Part shown: piece by piece, positions 55,601 to 64,000 of the stretch
Numbering within the stretch: the first letter of the stretch is position 1
Layout of the letters: each line of letters opens with the position of its first letter
From: Eledone cirrhosa
Lineage: Eukaryota
DNA length: 64,000 nucleotides
Direction of reading: 5' to 3'
Assembly (NCBI GenBank): GCA_964016885.1
Contig: OZ024742.1
Coordinates: 361,832,001 to 361,896,000 of the forward strand
Translations under genes and position numbers: made by a program
Notes under the pieces: model-generated
Seen by the model: the letters and a program-made list of their open reading frames with translations, nothing else
Told to the model about the DNA's origin: nothing
Database searches by the model: none

Positions 55601-57566
55601 TTGCCGGACGAACAGAAAGGATGCCGAAAGAAGTCACGTGGTACAAAGGACCAGTTGCTTATTGATAAGATGGTAATGGGGAACTGCAGGAGGAGACACA
55701 CTGATCTTGCCATGGGATGGATAGACTACAGAAAGGCATTTGACATGGTGCCTCATTCCTGGATCACCAAAACCTGGAGATCTTCAAGGTGGCAGATAAC
55801 ATCAGACAGTTGCTAGGCAGGAGTATGGGGTCCTGGGAGACAGAGTTGACATCAACTGGAGTATCCTTGGGAAGCGTGAAGATCAAGAGAGGTATCTTCC
55901 AGGGAGATAGCCTGTCCCCTCTGTTGTTTGTCCTTGCCCTGATGCCCTTGACCATTATGCTGCGAAAAGTGAGAGCAGGATACAAGTTGGGAAGGGGAGA
56001 GCTTACCATCAATCACCTCCTCTTCATGGACGATCTTAAGCTCTTCGGGAAAAGTGAGAAGGAGTTGGATGTGCTTGTTGACACTGTCCGTATTTTCAGC
56101 AGTGATATATGTATGCAGTTTGGTGTTGGTAAATGTGGAGTCATTGTGATGAGGAGGGGTAGGTTGAGCAGAAGTAACGGGATCCAGATACCAACAGGTG
56201 AGATGATAAAGGAAATTGACTCTGAGGAAGGATACAAGTATTTGGGCGTTCTGGAGGCTGATGGCATAAAGAACAAAAAAATGAAGGAATTATTCAGAAC
56301 TGAATACATTCGGAGAGTAAGGAGCGTATTGAAGTCACATCTGAACAGCAGAAATGCCATAAGCGCAGTAAATTCCCGAGCTGTGTCTATTATTAGGTAC
56401 AGTGCGGGAATTCTGAGATGGAATGTTGCTGAACAAAAAGAAATGGATAGGAAGACTAGGAAGCTATTGACTATCTACAACATGTTCCACAAGAGGAGTG
56501 ATGTCGATAGACTCTACCTAAGGAGATCTGAGGGTGGAAGAGGTCTTATCAGCATAGAGGACTGTGTTCAGATGGAGAAAAACAACCTATACAAATACGT
56601 GACCTATAGTAAGGAGCCAATGCTCAGAGCTGTACTGAAGGAGGGGACAGTAGGCCAGGGGATATCCAAGGAGGAAATAACATCAAGGAGGAAGAGCAGC
56701 CTTAAGGGAAAATCCCTTCATAGTACCTTCTTTGAGAAAACTGAATTTAGAGATCCACAGACATGGAACTGGTTGAGAAGAGGAGACCTCAAAAAGGCTA
56801 CAGAAGGAATGCTAATGGCTGCGCAGGAGCAGGCCCTCAAAACGAAGTGGTTGAAGCACCATATCTACAAGGAGGAGGCTAGCCCACTGTGCAGGATCTG
56901 TGGAGAGAGAGAGGAGACTGTGGCTCACATTGTGTCCGAGTGTAAACACCTAGCCCAGACCCACTATAAGGGCTGGAGACACGATGTGATGGGCAGGGTG
57001 ATCCACTGGCACCTGTGCAAAGTAAACAATCTACCACATTCTGAGAAATGGTATGAGCATAGGCCAGAGGCGGTGATGGAGAACAGTCAGGTGAAGGTGC
57101 TGTGGGATTTTAGGATACAGACGGACAAAAAACTGGAACACAATAGACCTGACCTGGTGGTTGTGGACAAAGAAAAAAGATCGTGCCTGATTGTGGATGT
57201 GGCCTGCCCGTTCGACACGAGAGTGCAAGAGAAGGAGAGGGAGAAAATTAACCGATACCAGGACCTAAAGTGGGAGGTGAAAAGGATTTGGAACTGCCAT
57301 GAAGTCAAAGTGATCCCGATTGTCATAGGCGCACTGGGGACTATCTCCAAAGGTTTCCAGGGATGGTTAAAGAAAATCGGCCCCTTCACGCTTTTTGGAA
57401 CGCTTCAAAAGGCATGCTTGCTTGGAACGGCAAGAACCCTCCGATACGTCCTGAATATCTGAGGCTGCAGGTAGTGGCTTGATATTCAATCCAACGGACT
57501 TTCCAGTTAACCAACATCAATGACTGAGATTCAAGGAATAACAATAACAATAATAATAATAATAAT
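52670..57566 (+). mobile_element. Family A copy 2, probably full length, long 5' UTR with a ~320 bp tandem duplication
   Basis: Starts after (TAA)n(GAA)n. Tandem units 52855-53172 and 53173-53493. Near-identical to copy 1. Ends in (TAA)n. Confidence 0.9.
54071..57462 (+). pseudogene. Family A RT-RLE polyprotein with one 1-bp frameshift at ~55772
   Basis: ORFs 54071-55816 and 55789-57462. Intact where copy 1 is broken, and vice versa. Confidence 0.93.
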
Positions 57567-60149
57567 CCAGAGAGGAACCAGACTGGGGTCGAAAAATCAG
57601 CTAATGGTTCAAACCTTCCCATCACTTCGGAGCTGGAGACCTCCCATAACCGGAATACTCCTACTGTTGGCCCTCCATGCTCACCACCAAGAAATCCAAA
57701 GAAAAAGAGAGAAAAATGGTCAAGGGAAGATAATAAAGAAGTCCTTGAGGCTTTCTACACTGCCATGTACTACCCATCAAATACATCGAATACAGAGCAA
57801 ACATATATCAACTGGAAAAAGAAACATCCCGAAAACAGAGGCTATATTGACAGTAACAAACTAGCCAATATACGAAGAAATATTGTAAGAAAAAAGTTAC
57901 TAACTGATATAGAAATTGATCAGATCAAGCTAGTAGCACAAAGTCAGCGAAGGGAAAATGAAGCATGTGTCAGTGAAAACGAGGTAAACTGTAACACTTC
58001 GAATCCCAGAGTTGGGGCGGAATCACTGGCAACAGAACAAATTAAAGAAAGGAGCGAAAAAGTGGAGGGAGTGCATGCTCAGGATGAAACTCCAAATGAA
58101 AATAATGAGATCGTAAATGATAAAGAAATGAATGAGAATGAACTTGCCAACTTGAAGGATGAAATTATGATCGAATGGATGAAAATGAAAGAATCTGACA
58201 TGGGGGAACGAGACACCCTCCCTAAGATCCAGAACTCCAAACAGAACCAAAAGATAATACACAAGACTAACATAATTCTCAAAAACATTATCATCACAAA
58301 CAAAATAAACATTACTGACTTAAATCATCTCTATTATGCATCGGCTAAAGTCACCACTCACTTATGTGGAGTGAAGATGAAAAAACAAAGGAATTCCCAC
58401 AAGAAATCTACTTACCATTAAGTAAAATGCTCAATGAAACAAAACATGGATATAGAGTCTATGACAAAACCATTAATCACCTGTTCTACATGGATGACCT
58501 GAAACTATTTGCAAAAAATGATGAACAATTGCAAGGGCTATTATCCACTGTGAAGCAGTTCAGTGATGACATTAAAATGGAGTTTGGACTGGATAAATGC
58601 GCCAAAGCAACGTTCACCAGAGGAAAGCTGCTGAAGAGTTCAGACATTAATCTTGATCGGGGGAACGTGATAAGAGAGCTTGATCAAGAACAAACTTACA
58701 AATATCTAGGTGTTTGTGAAGGGGACGGAATCAAGCACTCGACAATGAGGGAAAGGATAAGGAAGGAATGTTACCGCAGAGTCAGAGCAATCTTAAGAAC
58801 GGAATTGAATGCAAGGAATAGGATCGATGCCATAAACACGCTTGCCATACCAGTAGTAACCTACAGTTACAATGTCATCAACTGGTCAAGCACAGAGATC
58901 CGTAGGCTCGATACAAAAATCCGAAAATTCTTAACCATGCACAGAATGCATCACCCTAAGGCAGACATAGATAGAATATATCTCCCTAGGAAAGAAGGAG
59001 GACGTGGGTTAATCCAGTTAGACATTGCGTTGAAAACTGCAACAATTGGATTATCTACATATCTAAGGGAATCACATGATTGGATGATCAAACTCGTTTT
59101 GAAACACGAAAGCACCAAAAGATCATATTCCATTACAAAAGATGCACAAAGATACAGTAATGGACTACAAATTTCAGAAGTCCCATTTACTGCTGAAATG
59201 GAAAACACAGAAAAAGCAAAGCAGGTAAAAGTAACTGCAAAGAAAGAACTGCTACAGAAACTGGCTAAGAAATGGCAAGAAAAGCCTCTGTATGGAAAAT
59301 ACCCAGAGCGAGCTAACAATCCTGATGTTGACAAAACTTTAACCCATCAGTGGTTGGCATCCTCTGGACTGAAATCGGAGACTGAAGGACTGATTATATC
59401 CGCACAAGATCAGTGTCTGCCAACAAAAAATTACCAAACCAACATAATAAAAAATGGGTGCAGCCCATTATGCCGTGTATGCAAAAAACAACCAGAGACC
59501 ATTGACCATATAATTTCAATGTGCATATCAATACATACATTGGATAATGTGTAAGCATTTTGACCTGCCCCATCAAAAGAATTGGTGGGAGCATCAACCA
59601 CCTCCCATACTTGAAAAAGATCACATCTCAATCTTGTGGAACTTTAGCATCCAAACAGACCGAAAAATAGATGCAAATAGACCTGATATAATATTGAAGG
59701 ACTTTCAAAGGAGGGTATGCCTGCTAATTGATATGTCTGTTCCAATAGACAAGAATGTATCTATAAAAACATTTGAAAAATTGAGCAAGTATAAGGACCT
59801 GGAGATAGAAATTGGAAAAATGTGGAAATTGAGAACTAAAACAATACCAGTGGTTGTAGGCGCTCTGGGAATGATACCTAAGGGGTCTAACGACTACTTA
59901 TCGCAAATCCCAGGAAACCCGCGTATAGGAGAAATACAAAAGATAGTACTAATGGGAACTGCCCATATACTAAGGAAGATCCTGTCAATATAAGTACATC
60001 ACAAGTCTAAACACTAAGGATGCATGTGTGAATATGTGTGTTCTTTCTTGAACATGGCGGACCTTGTTGTCTCTTGAGGTCACTGGTTGTGACTTGGTGA
60101 TAACTCGTATAAACATAAAGCAAGATAAATGCAAATAATAATAATAATA
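57567..60149 (+). mobile_element. Family B copy 2: 5'-truncated, ~1.1 kb internal deletion, intact 3' end
   Basis: Starts at the equivalent of 34068. At ~58412 it jumps from 34912 to ~36031. Small deletion at ~59524. Ends ...ILRKILSI*, 3' UTR, (TAA)n. Confidence 0.92.
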
Positions 60150-60151
60150 GT

Positions 60152-60350
60152 ACACTATTAATAATTATTAATGCACTCGTGCAATGCCTGTGCGTGACGA
60201 ATATTTTTAAAGTGAGGAAAGACTGTGCACTGAGTCAATCCCACTCTCTGAGCGACAGTAGCTATAACCCGAAAAGAAGAAAAGATCAACATCATCGGTA
60301 ACTACTGAGCCGCAGGTTTTATGTTTGGAGTTAACCCTGTTTCCTGAGAT
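60152..60350 (-). mobile_element. RTE/R2-type 5' UTR segment, 5'-truncated, flanked by (CATA)n
   Basis: Matches 46085-46285. Has no 3' tail of its own. Confidence 0.8.
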
Positions 60351-60598
60351 GCATACATACATACATACATACATACATACATACATACATACATACATAC
60401 ATACATACATACACACACATATATATATATATACAATCTAAGTTTTATTCTTTATCATACTCACACTTTCATATAGTATTGACTATTAAAATATCAAAGG
60501 ATTTCCACGTTATTACCTGGTTTTTCGTCTATATATTAAAAATAACTTACATTCAATTACACATAAGGGGTTTCGTATATATATATATATATATATAT

Positions 60599-61166
60599 AC
60601 TAGCAGTGGTACCCGGCGTTGCACGGGATAAGCTATTTTGGAACGCAGGCCACCAACAGACCTAATCGTGGAAAAACTGCATGCGTGGACAATATGTAAA
60701 GAAAATAAACCGAATACTCTGATGGCTGGATATTCTAAGATTTTCCTCGATGAAGCCGGAAAAAGGCAGGTTTTCACCTAATGCGAGCTCTAGGGGATAA
60801 AAAAAATGAATTTTTTTTTATGTGCATAATATGCCTTGAAATTCGGGAAAATCAGCTAGACGTAACGCCTCAAAAGAGCCCTAAAAAGCTGAAAAAAAAA
60901 TGAAGTTTTTCACCTAATGCCATATAAACGTTGGATTTTCTTTGCTCACGGTATGAAGAAGAGACTGACTAATACATAGTTACAATTTCAAGGAAATCGG
61001 TCTGACGTAACGCCTAAAAAAACCCTAAAAAGGTGGAACAAACGCAGTTTTTCATTTAATGCGGGCCCTAGGGGATCAAAAAGTTGAATTTTATGTGCAT
61101 AACACTCCCTGAAATATAAGTAATACACATGTAAAGTTTAAAAAAGATCGGTTGGGTATTTCTCGG

Positions 61167-61213
<47 letters not shown>

Positions 61214-61243
61214 CCTCAGTTTTATATATATACATATATAGAT
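60599..61243 (+). mobile_element. Helentron/DINE-1-like non-autonomous element
   Basis: ACTAGC...TACCCGGCGTTGCACGGG hairpin at the start, internal subrepeats (TTTTTCACCTAATGC, GACGTAACGCCT), (CA)n, TTTATATA...TAGAT end. Confidence 0.65.
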
Positions 61244-61835
<592 letters not shown>

Positions 61836-62002
61836 TGTATATGGGATAACAAATTATCGTTATAGGTAATCCAGTTAGAGGTTGTGAATACTCCGTATTG
61901 TGGATAGTTTTAACGTACGGCGTTGTTTGACTCAACAAGAGCTTTCCTTAGTTAGGTTGCCAGTTCTCTGGAATTCCTATGCAGGTTAATCTTGGAGTAA
62001 TA

Positions 62003-63160
62003 ATAGTGAAAGAGTGAAGAATAACATGGTCAACAGTACAAAGTGGGTTTTATTTACAGTATTAATAATTGTTTCATTGATTAGGGTGTCTAAAAATTGC
62101 TAATCACTTGAAGTTGTGTCACTCAATTTTAATTACAATGTATGCCAAATCAAATCATCAGAATAACTGATTAAAATTAAAATTACACGCGGCGTTTGTA
62201 ATATACTAGGAAAATTCAAATCACAACATCAGTAATAAAGAAAGAAAAAGAAAAAAAAAGAAAAAGAGAGAAAAAAAAAATAATAAACAAGTTAGAATGA
62301 AGATGATAAAAAATAAGTAAAACAAAATATATGTGTGTGAAAAAAGTGAACATAATATAATTGTTGAAAATAGTTGTGGGGGTGGTGGTTAAAGTATAAA
62401 GATGTGATGTTATAAATATGAAAATATTAAATATATACATATATGTATTGGTTAAATTATATTAAGAAGAAATAGTACAGTGCTAAATAAAGGATAAATT
62501 AATAAATTGGAAATTATGTGAGAGGTGAAGAGAACATGATAGGATATAATGGAAGAGGTGAAATAGTTTTAGGGAAAGAGAATGAAAGAAAGAAAGATTA
62601 AGAGGTTATGATTAGGAGGTTCAGTGATTAGTTAATCTATTGACAGTTAATAATAATGGGTTAATATAATAGACTCTAAGTGATTCAGTTTGAATAATGG
62701 GATTGTTGGATCGAATCCTGTTGGTTTGAAATTTGCGAATTTACTAGCTGCTTTATGCCTACAGAAAATTGACCGTTCTATTTTGCTGTTAAGCAGCATT
62801 TTGTCATATTTTAAAATATGGATCAACACCATATTGCAAAGTCCGCAGTGGGACATTCCATTTTTGTAGGTCTTTGCCCCCGACAGTTTCGACCAGCTAA
62901 TCCCGTATTCTTGGTTTGTATCTTTAAGCTGTCAGATTTCATTAGCGAGCGTTGTTGTGAATTTTCCTAGTATATTACAAACGCCGTGTATAATTTTAAT
63001 CAGTTATTCTGATGATTTGATTAGGCATACATTGTATTTAAAATTGATTGACACAGCTACAAGTGATTAGCAATTTTTAGACACCCTAATCAATGAAACA
63101 ATTGTTAATACTGTAAATAAAACCCTTTTTGTACTGTTGACCATGTTATTCTTCACTCTT

Positions 63161-63168
<8 letters not shown>
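62003..63168 (-). mobile_element. 5'-truncated PLE (GIY-YIG C-terminus) bounded by ~210 bp inverted repeats
   Basis: 62003-62218 is inverted at 62957-63168. Minus-strand TTLANEI*QLKD...ISWS...CGLC...LLNSKIE..FCRH at ~62750-62958. CTGATGA lies in the repeat. Confidence 0.75.
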
Positions 63169-63198
<30 letters not shown>

Positions 63199-63199
63199 T

Positions 63200-63491
63200 A
63201 AGATTTAATACCCACAAACACAGTTTTAAAAATGCCGCATTAGCTAATACAACATCCTTGGCTGAAATAATTAATAATTATAGAAAAAAGAATATCGATT
63301 ATAACCTGACCTGGAGTGTGTTCAAAAGGGCCACCCCTTATCAAAATAACAGATATGAGTGTAGATTATGTTCCCAGGAACTTTTTGAAATAATGAAATC
63401 TAAGGATATCCTATTAAATAAGCGACAAGAATTAATTATATCGTGCAATCATAGAATTAGAAGAATTTTCAAATATTATAAACCTAATTAA
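63200..63491 (+). pseudogene. PLE GIY-YIG C-terminal fragment
   Basis: YNLTWSVFKRATPY...CRLCSQE...LLNKRQELIISCNH, homologous to 2500-2850 (-). Begins at (TA)n. Confidence 0.75.
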
Positions 63492-64000
63492 TATACACCT
63501 TACACTTGTATTTTACAAATTATTATAATTAGTTTTTTTAATTTAATTAACCTATAATTAGTATTTTACTACTGAGAACTTCATAATTTTATTTCCCCTT
63601 TACAGCTATCTTTTCCTAAAATTAATACCTATAAGTATACATATAAACTATTTTAATTTCCTGTTATGAATCTAAATTCCTTGTAGTCTATATAAGTTTG
63701 TTATTTGTCACTAATACATTTATCCCCGCCAAATTTTTTTTCCTTCGTTTTTAACAACATTCTTTAATAACATCTAAATCTTATTTATCACATCTATATG
63801 AATTAATATAAATTTATCCCTATAAGTATACCTATCAATTAAATTAATTTAATTTCTTTTTATAGATCTAAATTCCTTATGTTTTAAATAAGATTGGTAT
63901 TTCTAACTAACACATTTATCCTAAAATTTTATTCTCCTTCGATTTTAACATTAGCATTATTCCTTAATAACATCAAATTTTCGTGTACCTTTCACCGGCT

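Noticed and set aside
29219-60149. Segmental duplication of an A+B block
   Set aside because: The A-B junctions, 5' ends and flanks differ between the two blocks.
62925-62945. In-frame TGA as selenocysteine in a PLE
   Set aside because: It falls at a likely Trp position in a decayed fragment, no SECIS was seen, and the related element here has a C-terminal EN rather than the Naiad arrangement.

Overview
Eukaryotic, AT-rich, microsatellite-saturated DNA made almost entirely of nested retroelements. The SINE types and repeat density suggest an octopus or other coleoid cephalopod (inference). Nearly all ORF-track entries are translated microsatellites or antisense shadows. Real content: (i) two R4/Dong-type RT+RLE non-LTR families (A: 4 copies, B: 2 copies) stacked head-to-tail in (TAA)n tracts; (ii) a Tx1/L1-type element lying in (TAA)n; (iii) an RTE LINE that can be reconstructed over ~48.7-60.35 kb, with an A+B train nested in its 5' UTR, plus two non-autonomous 5'+3' RTE derivative families with (ATGT)n tails; (iv) Penelope-like (GIY-YIG) remnants and many short fold-back units in (TA)n carrying canonical and variant hammerhead ribozyme cores; (v) tRNA-derived SINEs, a non-autonomous LTR element with a tRNA-Trp PBS, MITEs, Helentron-like elements and a CRE remnant; (vi) one candidate host terminal exon ending ...IPDSWV* (delta-catenin-like PDZ ligand). 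Top observation: a covarying long-range 5'UTR-3'end RNA stem shared by the RTE LINE and both derivative families. Coordinates were counted by eye and element boundaries are approximate.
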